Positions 32,010-42,070 of a DNA stretch of 64,000 nt are shown one piece after another. The notes beneath the pieces are model-generated. The model worked only from the letters and a program-made list of their open reading frames with translations, did no database searches and had not been told where the DNA came from. How positions within the stretch are numbered: the first letter of the stretch is position 1; every line of letters begins with the position of its first letter. Both the position numbers and the translations under genes were made by a program. This DNA comes from an uncultured Bacillales bacterium. Lineage in GTDB: Bacteria; Bacillota_I; Bacilli_A; RF39; UBA660. The stretch lies in contig CATLHA010000005.1 of assembly GCA_949948745.1 (NCBI GenBank), positions 12,740 through 76,739 of the forward strand, given 5' to 3'.

Positions 32010-33860
32010 ATGAATAAATGTAAAAAAGCTTTAATTATTACGACTTTTGTTTTTGCAACACTTATCTTAACAAGTTGTGAGAATAAGATATTTTCTCCCA
32101 AAGTTCAACTTGAGTTTCAGAAAGAAAAGGGTTCTAAGGAAGACTTAATTTTCATGATTGAAAATAAACTTGATGGGATTCCATTTTATAGTGAATATTT
32201 TGATGATATTATATATACCTATAAAGAAATTTATTTTGAATTTATAAAGGATTATTTAGATAAATATTATTCTTATATGTCAGATGAACAAATCAATCAA
32301 TTATTGGATGCTATAGAAGATACTTTCCCAAATTATGATTATACTGTATATGACAATAAGAGAGAAATTGAACAAAATTTATGGAATAATTTTAAGGAAA
32401 AACTTTTTTATGTAGAAGATGAATCTGGTCTTTATAGGGCATTTTCTTTATCTTCTTCTATTCATTCATTAGAAAAGGTAGATTCTAATGTTGTAGATAG
32501 ATTTGAAATTCTTTCTAACTTTGTTGGATATGAAAAAATGCTAACTGCTTTATTTCAACAAAATCCAGAAAACCTAATTGATGTTATTAGCAAAGAAACT
32601 TATACTGATAAAGAAGAAGTAAAAAGACTCGTTCAGTTATTTAATAACTATTTTGAGTATCGTGAATATGAAGATGGTTCAGGAATGCTAGAAGATATTC
32701 TAGGAGAAATGGACCTTATTATTACTACAATCTTTAAAAATAAGAGTTATTGTGATTTAGAGTTTCGAAATGGATTGTATGCAAAAGCATTTCAAAATAG
32801 TAAATATTTAAAAAATGATGGACTTTCTTTTTCCACCAATTATTATGATAATGAATTAATGTTTGAAGTGGATCTTGAAGATTATGGAAAAACTGAAGTA
32901 ACACTACCATATTATTATTTAAATTCTACTTTAGATCAAGAAACCTTATTAGATAGTGCGGCTATTTTTATATTCCGTGATGCTTATCAGGAACAGTATT
33001 ATAATTATTATTTCACTAAAGCAGTGACTTTACTTAGTTATATTGTGGATTGGAATCATATTGATTATATTGCAAACTCTTTATGTTCTGATATAGAAAG
33101 AAAAAAGGAATATTACCATTGTTTAAATACCTATTTTAAGACAGAAGAGGATTTTAATCAATTTGTAGTGGCATTATGTAGCCAAAATGAAAATGCCATT
33201 CGCCTTTATTTTGAAATCTGGAAATCTAAAATGATGAATGGGACTATTACTATTGATAAGTTAATGGAATTTTGTTCTTTAAAAAGTCAAGTGTTATCAA
33301 GTTATTATGTATCTGCTCAAGATGCTAGAACTATTGAAAAAGATTCTTTGGAAGCCAGACAATTAGATTATTCTGTAGAGGACTATTATTTTTCTAACAA
33401 CTATGATAGTGCAATAGAGTTTGATGAAGTTTTAGATTATTTTCATAATTCAGGAAATTTATATACTGAAGTCTTATCTGATGGATATGGTCGTCGTAAT
33501 TTTAGGACTGGTGAAAGGGAATTTTATAGCGTATCAGATTTGGATGTTTTAAGTACTCCTCTTCAAGTACATAGAAAACAGTTTGGAAATGGACATTTTA
33601 TTTGTTATTTTATAAAACCTAAAGAATATCCAAAAGGGAAATTTGTATCTGTATTTACTAATTTATGTAATCAAAGAGTGTCTAGCTATCTAGATGGTAT
33701 TGAAACAACTTTAGTAGATGAAACAACAGGAGAAGTACATGAGGTTATTATTGTATCTATTGATCAAGAATCCCCTGTTCATAATGTATATTTTAAAGGA
33801 AATTATTTTGATCTTTATCCTAAGGAAAAAGTTCAAATGAAAGAGTATAATAAAAATTAA
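32010..33860 (+). CDS. large hypothetical lipoprotein
   Basis: About 616 aa from ATG 32010 (RBS taggag); lipobox LILTSC; Tyr/Asp/Glu-rich, no recognised domain. Confidence 0.5.
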   Translation: MNKCKKALIITTFVFATLILTSCENKIFSPKVQLEFQKEKGSKEDLIFMIENKLDGIPFYSEYFDDIIYTYKEIYFEFIKDYLDKYYSYMSDEQINQLLDAIEDTFPNYDYTVYDNKREIEQNLWNNFKEKLFYVEDESGLYRAFSLSSSIHSLEKVDSNVVDRFEILSNFVGYEKMLTALFQQNPENLIDVISKETYTDKEEVKRLVQLFNNYFEYREYEDGSGMLEDILGEMDLIITTIFKNKSYCDLEFRNGLYAKAFQNSKYLKNDGLSFSTNYYDNELMFEVDLEDYGKTEVTLPYYYLNSTLDQETLLDSAAIFIFRDAYQEQYYNYYFTKAVTLLSYIVDWNHIDYIANSLCSDIERKKEYYHCLNTYFKTEEDFNQFVVALCSQNENAIRLYFEIWKSKMMNGTITIDKLMEFCSLKSQVLSSYYVSAQDARTIEKDSLEARQLDYSVEDYYFSNNYDSAIEFDEVLDYFHNSGNLYTEVLSDGYGRRNFRTGEREFYSVSDLDVLSTPLQVHRKQFGNGHFICYFIKPKEYPKGKFVSVFTNLCNQRVSSYLDGIETTLVDETTGEVHEVIIVSIDQESPVHNVYFKGNYFDLYPKEKVQMKEYNKN

Positions 33861-33886
33861 AAGAGTATTCAATTTTTGAATACTCT

Positions 33887-35128
33887 TTATCGTTTATTTA
33901 ATTTTTTTATATACATATTATACATTGTTTTATTGATTACTAAATCAAATTCTCCAATATATTCAATCGCACTAGCATTAAATCCTAGTTTCATTTCATT
34001 TAATCCAGAATATTTATTCTTTTCATTAAATTCTCCGGCGATACCATTTAAATTGAAGTAACTGTATCCTTCGTTATTAAATTTCTTTATTAGTTCCCAT
34101 TTTAGTAGGTAGTTTGAATTATAACTACGATAATTTTGATCAAATCCTTCAATAATTAGATTTATTCCTTTATCATACTTAATAATTAAACATCCACCAA
34201 TTGTAACTCCTTCTTTATGTTCTTGGAAAAGATTAGTAGCAGTCGCTAGATTTTCATGATATAGTCCTAATCTTTTATCTGATTCCATTTTATCATTAAT
34301 GATTTTTGTTACATTTTTTCCACGGATACTTTTTTGCTGTAATAATTGATTTAACTCTTCATTTTTTGTCATTTCCTTTTGATAGGCTTCTTGACTATTT
34401 TCTATATACTTTGCCGGATTAATGTGAGCGAAGTATATTTCTGCATTATCATTAAAGTTTTCTAGAATAGAACGATAATATTTTAGGCTTTTATTTTGTT
34501 TTCGTTTGATAAATTCATATAAAGTTTCTAAATCTTCGATAGAACCCTTTTTAATTTCAATTCCACATTTATTTGCTTTATTGATTTTATTTCTTATATT
34601 TTTAGATAATAAATAATATAATTTTTCGTTTGATGTAATTAATTTTGTAATTGCTGTCCATCTTGGTTTATTATTTTCAAAAAATTTATTAAAACCATGA
34701 TGAATATATCCATTCTTTTGTAGTATTTCTAATACATTATTGATTTCTGGATTATAGGAGATAATTTGTCCATTCTTTTTTCTTTCTGCACAATGAATCA
34801 TTGGATTTATTTTTATGTATAAAAATTTTTGTTTAAATAATAATTTTCTTAATTTAGTAGTTAGTTCTTCTACTAAATCATTATTTGTATAATCTATTAA
34901 GAAACCATATGGTGCATAAGCAAATTTATATCCCCAATAAACGGTTTTATAGATTAACATTGCTGCACCAATTAGTTCGTTACTATTGTTTTTAAATCCT
35001 AAGAAGTGGTGGTCATATCCTTCTACTTTCATAACACGACCATAATTAGAGGTTTGATATAGGTTGCGATATTTGTGTTTTTTCGCAAAGGTATCAAATT
35101 CTTCTTCATTTAATGTAACAATTTTCAT
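33887..35128 (-). CDS. FemABX-family aminoacyltransferase (peptidoglycan interpeptide bridge formation, FemX/MurM-like)
   Basis: 413 aa, typical Fem length; N-terminal NEEEFDTFAKKH...QTSNYG pattern and a central coiled-coil region typical of Fem proteins. Confidence 0.65.
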   Translation of the reverse strand: MKIVTLNEEEFDTFAKKHKYRNLYQTSNYGRVMKVEGYDHHFLGFKNNSNELIGAAMLIYKTVYWGYKFAYAPYGFLIDYTNNDLVEELTTKLRKLLFKQKFLYIKINPMIHCAERKKNGQIISYNPEINNVLEILQKNGYIHHGFNKFFENNKPRWTAITKLITSNEKLYYLLSKNIRNKINKANKCGIEIKKGSIEDLETLYEFIKRKQNKSLKYYRSILENFNDNAEIYFAHINPAKYIENSQEAYQKEMTKNEELNQLLQQKSIRGKNVTKIINDKMESDKRLGLYHENLATATNLFQEHKEGVTIGGCLIIKYDKGINLIIEGFDQNYRSYNSNYLLKWELIKKFNNEGYSYFNLNGIAGEFNEKNKYSGLNEMKLGFNASAIEYIGEFDLVINKTMYNMYIKKLNKR

Positions 35129-35199
35129 AGGAAACCTCCTTTAACTAAGTAGTTTATTATACCATAGAAAAAATAATCTGTCGATATTCTTTTTCTTGT

Positions 35200-36963
35200 T
35201 TATTCTTGTAGTTGTGAAGTATACAATTTATAATATTCTCCTCTTTTTTTCATTAATTCTTGATGTGTTCCTTTTTCATAAATACGATGGTCTTTGATTA
35301 ACATAATTTGATCACTTTCTATGATTGTAGAAAGACGATGCGCGATGATGATAGAAGTTCTATTTTTTAATAATGTCTCTAATCCTTGTTGTACTAACTT
35401 TTCTGTTTTTAAATCTACATTACTAGTTGCTTCATCTAGTATTAAGATTTGTGGATTTGCGATAATAGCTCTTGCGAAACAAATTAATTGTCTTTGTCCT
35501 GTTGATATTTCTCGACCATTACTATGTAGAATCGTATCATATCCATTCTTTAGGGACATAATCCATTCATCGATTTGAAGTTCTCTACAAACCTTTCTGA
35601 TTTCTTCTATGGATGTATCTTTTTTTGAATAGGCAATATTTTCTCTAATAGATCTAGAAAATACATAGTTGTCTTGTAACATAACATTAATTTGACCTCT
35701 TAGGGAAGATAGTTCCATTTCTTTGATTGGTGTATCATCAATTAGGATTTCTCCAGAGGTTGCATCATAGTATCGTGCTAGTAAGTTTATAATTGTTGAT
35801 TTACCACTACCTGTTTCTCCTACAAATGCTACTTTTTGATTTGACTTGATAGTAAAATTAATATCCTCTAATACTAATTTATTTTCTATATAGGCAAAAT
35901 TTACATTTTTGAATTCTATGTTTCCTTTAACATCTACACTTTTTGCATGTTCTAAATTTTCAATTACTAATGGTTCATCTAAAAGTTCAAATATTCTTTC
36001 TAAATATGTAATGGCATCCATAATTTCGCTATAAATGGATGTAATATTATTGATAGGTCCCCAGAATCTACTACTATAATTTCCAATTGCTAGGATGGTC
36101 CCAAGAGATGTTTTTGGATAGAATAGAGCAATACCTAGGATATAGATACTAGTGTTTACTGTTGTCTCAAATAAACTTGAAATAGTCCATCCAATATTAA
36201 AATATGGTAGAGTTTCCTTAATTGATTCTAATCTTTCTTTTTCTAAATCTTTATATATTTCCTCATTTTTTTGTTCTCTATTATAAGATTGCGTAATCAT
36301 AATCCCATTGATACTTTCTGCAAGATAAGCAGTACAATTAGATACTTTATTATTAATTTTGTGTTGCTTTATTCTACGGATTGGTGTAATTTTTGCCATA
36401 ATCAATGTTAAAATTCCAGCAAAAAATAGTGTGAATAAGGTTAATGGTATATGACAAGAAAACATAAAAATTAAAATAAATATTAAGTTAGTTAACTCTA
36501 AGATTGTTTCTAAAAAATCGTTGCATAAACTTTGAGCTACAGTCTCTGCGTAGTTTGTTGCCCTAGTTAATATTTTTCCATGGGGTCTTGTATCATAGTA
36601 TTCTGATGGTAAGTATTGTAGATGAATAAAAATATCACTTTTTAAATCATAGGAGATAGATTGTTTAATTCTGTTTAACATTCTACTTTTCACTAAATTG
36701 ATAATAATATTTATTATAGTGATTCCTAATATAATAAACGCGATTAATACCAATTGATTTATATCTTTATTTGGAATTGTTCTATCAATTGCGTATTGGG
36801 CTAATTTTGGGTTTAAAAGAATTAAAATTCCATTAAAAATACTGATTAATATTGTAAACAAAAGTTTCCATTTATATGGTTTTAAGTATTTAAAGCTTCT
36901 TTTTACTACTTGAAATTTAAATGTTGTATTAAGCTCATCTTGATCATATCGATTGACTGCCAT
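35200..36963 (-). CDS. ABC exporter, fused permease + ATPase (half-transporter, partner B)
   Basis: Start set to ATG 36963 (RBS aaagggg), 1 nt after the upstream stop; 6 transmembrane segments; Walker A GETGSGKST, signature ISTGQRQL, Walker B ILILDEATS. Confidence 0.85.
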   Translation of the reverse strand: MAVNRYDQDELNTTFKFQVVKRSFKYLKPYKWKLLFTILISIFNGILILLNPKLAQYAIDRTIPNKDINQLVLIAFIILGITIINIIINLVKSRMLNRIKQSISYDLKSDIFIHLQYLPSEYYDTRPHGKILTRATNYAETVAQSLCNDFLETILELTNLIFILIFMFSCHIPLTLFTLFFAGILTLIMAKITPIRRIKQHKINNKVSNCTAYLAESINGIMITQSYNREQKNEEIYKDLEKERLESIKETLPYFNIGWTISSLFETTVNTSIYILGIALFYPKTSLGTILAIGNYSSRFWGPINNITSIYSEIMDAITYLERIFELLDEPLVIENLEHAKSVDVKGNIEFKNVNFAYIENKLVLEDINFTIKSNQKVAFVGETGSGKSTIINLLARYYDATSGEILIDDTPIKEMELSSLRGQINVMLQDNYVFSRSIRENIAYSKKDTSIEEIRKVCRELQIDEWIMSLKNGYDTILHSNGREISTGQRQLICFARAIIANPQILILDEATSNVDLKTEKLVQQGLETLLKNRTSIIIAHRLSTIIESDQIMLIKDHRIYEKGTHQELMKKRGEYYKLYTSQLQE

Positions 36964-36964
36964 T

Positions 36965-38683
36965 TTATTCACCCCTTTCCTTAATATTATTTTGAATTTT
37001 ATATATTTCGTAATAATATTTTTTATTTTGTAGGAGTTCTTTATGAGTTCCATGTTCTAATATCTTATGATTACTGATGACATAAATTTGATCTGCATCT
37101 TTTACAGATACAATTTTTTGAGCGATGATAATTTTTGTACAATTATTATCTAAATTTTTAATACTTTGTGTAATCATTTGTTCTGTCTCGATATCAAGTG
37201 CTGAAGTAATATCATCTAATATTAATAATTCTGGTTTTACGGCAAGAGCTCGAGCTAGGGACAAACGTTGTTTTTCTCCTCCTGATAACCCAACTCCTCT
37301 TTCTCCAATAATAGTTTCATATTTGTCTTCCAAATTATCTACATAATTTAGTTTAGAGGCGTTTTTAATTTTTTCAACCTCTTCTTTTGTTAAGTTCTCA
37401 TTTCCATAGCAAATATTATTTATAATAGTATCTGAAAATAGAAATGGTTGTTGAATTACATATCCAACTTTCTCTCTTAACCATTTTGTGTCTATGTCTT
37501 TTAAGTCGTCTTTTCCAATTAAAATATGTCCACTACTCGGTTCTATAAACTGTAAGATTAAATTTGCAACTGTAGATTTTCCACTACCGGTAGGACCAAT
37601 AAAAGCAATTGTTTCTCCTGGATGAATGGTTAGATTGATATCTTCCATTATTTTTTGTCCATCAAATTCTACAGAAACATTTTGAAATATAATTGGTACT
37701 TTTAATGTTGGTAGTTTTTTGGTACCAGTATTTTTTATTTTTGGTTCTGTTTTTAGTAATGATAAAATTTTTTCACTTGAAATATTTGCATTTTGAATTC
37801 TATCAATAATTTCACCTAATCTAGAAAATGGGTTTTTTATATTAGATAGAGAGCTTTGAAAGATAATGAAACTACCAATTGTTATCTCATTATTCATCAA
37901 GAAATATCCTCCTACTAAAATAAATATTACGGTCATACAATTTGTAAATAGGTTTACAAAACTGAAATAGAATGTTCGGCTGTCATTAATTTCTATATTT
38001 GCCATTTTGTAGATTTTATTTTTCTCATTCATTTTTAATATTTCATGTTCTTCACATGCAAAGGCCTTTACTACTTTATTTCCTTCAATATTATCTTGAA
38101 TATAATTATTTAAATCAGCAACTTTTTTTCTTCTAGATTTATATAAAGGCTTTGTTTTCTTTTTAAATAATATACTAAATAATAAAATAAGTGGAGTAGG
38201 GATTAAAAGTAATAGAGTAAATGTTGGATGTAGATAAAGACAGAAAGTAAAGGATATTAAAAATCTAAGAATTGTATGAGCTACTGTTTTAATTGTCCAT
38301 GAGTAGTGTCTACGTAGTTCTGCGATATCTGAATTTATGATAGTAATTAATTCTCCTTGTGTATTGTTCTTATAAAAATCTCCATCTAATTCATTTAATT
38401 TTTTATAGCACTTTTGTTTTGTTAGCGATGTTAGTTTATGACAGACATTGTCTAGGGAAACTACGGATAGGTAGGAACCAATCCCTCTAATAATCGCAAA
38501 AACGATTAAGAAAACCCCAAGATAGATGGTTAAATTGAAGTTTTGTTTTTGTATTCCTTCATCGACAATATATCCTAGTAGAATTGGTGGAAGTACTGAA
38601 AGAGTATCAAAAATTATTAAAGAACTATTAAATAAATACCAACATGTTTTTAAATCCTTATTATTATTTAAAAACCATTTCAT
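36965..38683 (-). CDS. ABC exporter, fused permease + ATPase (half-transporter, partner A)
   Basis: Start set to ATG 38683 (RBS aggtgg); Walker A GPTGSGKST, signature LSGGEKQRL, Walker B LLILDDITS; forms a probable heterodimer with the downstream gene. Confidence 0.85.
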   Translation of the reverse strand: MKWFLNNNKDLKTCWYLFNSSLIIFDTLSVLPPILLGYIVDEGIQKQNFNLTIYLGVFLIVFAIIRGIGSYLSVVSLDNVCHKLTSLTKQKCYKKLNELDGDFYKNNTQGELITIINSDIAELRRHYSWTIKTVAHTILRFLISFTFCLYLHPTFTLLLLIPTPLILLFSILFKKKTKPLYKSRRKKVADLNNYIQDNIEGNKVVKAFACEEHEILKMNEKNKIYKMANIEINDSRTFYFSFVNLFTNCMTVIFILVGGYFLMNNEITIGSFIIFQSSLSNIKNPFSRLGEIIDRIQNANISSEKILSLLKTEPKIKNTGTKKLPTLKVPIIFQNVSVEFDGQKIMEDINLTIHPGETIAFIGPTGSGKSTVANLILQFIEPSSGHILIGKDDLKDIDTKWLREKVGYVIQQPFLFSDTIINNICYGNENLTKEEVEKIKNASKLNYVDNLEDKYETIIGERGVGLSGGEKQRLSLARALAVKPELLILDDITSALDIETEQMITQSIKNLDNNCTKIIIAQKIVSVKDADQIYVISNHKILEHGTHKELLQNKKYYYEIYKIQNNIKERGE

Positions 38684-38802
38684 TTTACCACCTACTTGTC
38701 TATCATATTTTATCATGATTATTGTAAACAAAGTGGAAAATTTGATATTTTTAGACAAAAAATTATTTTCATTATAGTATAATAAAATTAGAGGAGGATC
38801 TT

Positions 38803-40173
38803 ATGTTTGAAAATAAAAAAATATTGATTTTAGGCTTTGCGAGAAGTGGATATGAAGCAGCAAAAGTGTTAATTAAGCGTGGAAATAAAGTCATTATTAA
38901 TGATGGGAAAGTATGTCAAGATTCTGATCAAGAAAGACAAGAAGAATTAAAATCATTGGGGGTGGAGTTTCTATTTGGAGAACATCCTGATAATCTTCTA
39001 GATGAAAGTTTTGATTATTTGATAAAAAATCCAGGAGTTCCAATTGACCATAAATATGTTTTAAAAGCAAAAGAACTTTCTATTTCTGTGATTAATGAAA
39101 CTGAAATGGCATATATGTTGTTACCAAAAGATAAGAATATTAAATTGATTTCTATTACTGGAACCAATGGAAAGACAACTACAACGACTTTGATTTATAA
39201 TTTTTTAAAACAGGATGGAAAAAATGTTCATTTGGCTGGGAATATAGGGTATCCATTATGTAGTTTTTTAGAAAAACTTGAAGATAATGATATTATTGTT
39301 GATGAAGTTAGTTGTCAGCAATTAGAAAATTTAGATTCTTTTAATCCAGATGTTGCTGTTTTGACAAATATTAGTGAAGCACATTTAGAATTTATGAAAA
39401 CATATGAGCATTATAAAGAAGTAAAGGCAAAATTGTTTCAGAATCATACAAAGAATCATATAGCGATTTTAAATATGTGTAACGATGAGGTTCTTCGAAT
39501 TACTAAAAACATTAAGTCTACAGTAAAATATTTTTCTAGTAATGGTGAAATAAATGGATGTTATTTGTTAGAAGATGCTATTTATTATTATGATGAAAAA
39601 ATAGTAGACACAAAAGATATTTGTTTAATTGGAAAACATAATTATGAAAATGTGATGGCTGCGATTATGGCAGTAAAAGAATTTGGCGTATCTAATGAAT
39701 CGATTGTTTCTGTTCTTCGTTCATTTGGGGGAGTAGAACATCGATTAGAGTTCATTAAGGAAGTCATGGGAAGAAAATTTTATAATGATACGGAAGCAAC
39801 CAATATTAAGTGTTGTCAAATTGCTCTTTCTTCTTTTATACAACCTACAATTTTATTTTTAGGTGGTTATGAAAGAGGACAAGATTTTAATGAATTGAAA
39901 GATTATGTTTCTCATGTAAAAGCGATATTTGCGATTGGGGAATGTAGAAATCGTGTTTTAGAATTTGGTAAGAGTGTTTCCATTCCTACTTACGTTCATG
40001 AACATCTAGGGGATGCTTTTTATGAAGCTTGGACAATTAGTGAGGAGGGGGATATTCTTTTACTGAGTCCAGCTAGTGCTTCGTGGGATCAATATAAGCA
40101 ATGTGAAGATCGTGGAGATGAGTTTAAACAGATGGTATTTGACCTATATTGTGGTAACTCCTCTAAATCATAA
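38803..40173 (+). CDS. murD: UDP-N-acetylmuramoyl-L-alanine--D-glutamate ligase
   Basis: 456 aa; N-terminal ILILGFARSGYEAAKVL Rossmann fold and Mur ligase GTNGKTTTT P-loop. Confidence 0.9.
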   Translation: MFENKKILILGFARSGYEAAKVLIKRGNKVIINDGKVCQDSDQERQEELKSLGVEFLFGEHPDNLLDESFDYLIKNPGVPIDHKYVLKAKELSISVINETEMAYMLLPKDKNIKLISITGTNGKTTTTTLIYNFLKQDGKNVHLAGNIGYPLCSFLEKLEDNDIIVDEVSCQQLENLDSFNPDVAVLTNISEAHLEFMKTYEHYKEVKAKLFQNHTKNHIAILNMCNDEVLRITKNIKSTVKYFSSNGEINGCYLLEDAIYYYDEKIVDTKDICLIGKHNYENVMAAIMAVKEFGVSNESIVSVLRSFGGVEHRLEFIKEVMGRKFYNDTEATNIKCCQIALSSFIQPTILFLGGYERGQDFNELKDYVSHVKAIFAIGECRNRVLEFGKSVSIPTYVHEHLGDAFYEAWTISEEGDILLLSPASASWDQYKQCEDRGDEFKQMVFDLYCGNSSKS

Positions 40174-40175
40174 CA

Positions 40176-40197
40176 GATGGGAGAGATGGGAGAGATG
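40176..40197 (+). repeat. short tandem repeat (gatgggaga x 2.4)
   Basis: direct tandem copies immediately after the murD stop and ahead of the next start. Confidence 0.4.
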
Positions 40198-40203
40198 TAA
40201 TAT

Positions 40204-40599
40204 ATGTTAGTTCAAAATGTAAAGTGTTATTTAGAGTTGTTTCGAATAAGAAATAGTGTAATAAAATTAAATCCTACAACTCTTTCTTGGGATAGAGTGC
40301 CACTTGATTCCCATGAAGTTTCCATAGAAAATATTTTACCAGAGGAATCTATGCCACTTATTCTGTATCAAAAATATGTATGGACTAAAAAAAATTCAGA
40401 GAATAAGTATGACTATTTGTTTTCTCCATCCAAATATGAGTGGAAATTAGTTTCTACTTTTTGTTCTCGATTTTTTTATGACGAATATGAGGATGAAAAC
40501 GAAAAATTAGTGGCGACACCTTATGAAGCAATTACGGAGCAGCAATATCAAGAATTGTTGGCATTTGAATCAAGAAGAGAGTCTCATAAAAAACGATAG
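40204..40599 (+). CDS. hypothetical protein
   Basis: 131 aa, acidic, no recognisable motif. Confidence 0.4.
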   Translation: MLVQNVKCYLELFRIRNSVIKLNPTTLSWDRVPLDSHEVSIENILPEESMPLILYQKYVWTKKNSENKYDYLFSPSKYEWKLVSTFCSRFFYDEYEDENEKLVATPYEAITEQQYQELLAFESRRESHKKR

Positions 40600-40622
40600 T
40601 ATATGCTAGTATAAGAGGTATT

Positions 40623-40754
40623 ATGAAAGATGAAGATGGGGAATATACTTATAATGTTGGTGATGTATTTATGTACCCATCTAATGTGTATCATGAAATT
40701 TATAATAATGGTGATATAGAAAGTGAATATATTTTTATTAGAATTCATAAATAA
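40623..40754 (+). CDS. small ORF (43 aa) resembling the C-terminal beta-strands of a cupin domain; possible gene remnant
   Basis: strong RBS aagagg 5 nt upstream; GDVFMYPSNVYHEIYNNGD resembles the cupin motif-2 pattern (G-D-x-x-x-x-P-x-x-x-x-H-x-x-x-N). Confidence 0.3.
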   Translation: MKDEDGEYTYNVGDVFMYPSNVYHEIYNNGDIESEYIFIRIHK

Positions 40755-42011
<1,257 letters not shown>

Positions 42012-42029
42012 AGGAAAATATAATATAGA

Positions 42030-42070
42030 AAAGGAAGAGTTTTGGTTTTGAACTGACTCTTCCTTTATTT
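42030..42070. terminator. bidirectional terminator between the convergent eno and LRR genes
   Basis: aaaggaagag / ctcttccttt 10-bp stem with a 17-nt loop, T-rich on both sides; overlaps the LRR gene stop. Confidence 0.5.

Noticed and set aside
36964-37053. 30-codon N-terminal extension of the downstream ABC gene overlapping the upstream ABC gene
   Set aside because: A strong RBS and ATG at 36963 immediately after the upstream stop indicate the real start.
33876-38777. Short plus-strand ORFs (33876-34061, 35321-35578, 37125-37346, 38526-38777) opposite the Fem/ABC genes
   Set aside because: Antisense to well-supported minus-strand CDSs.
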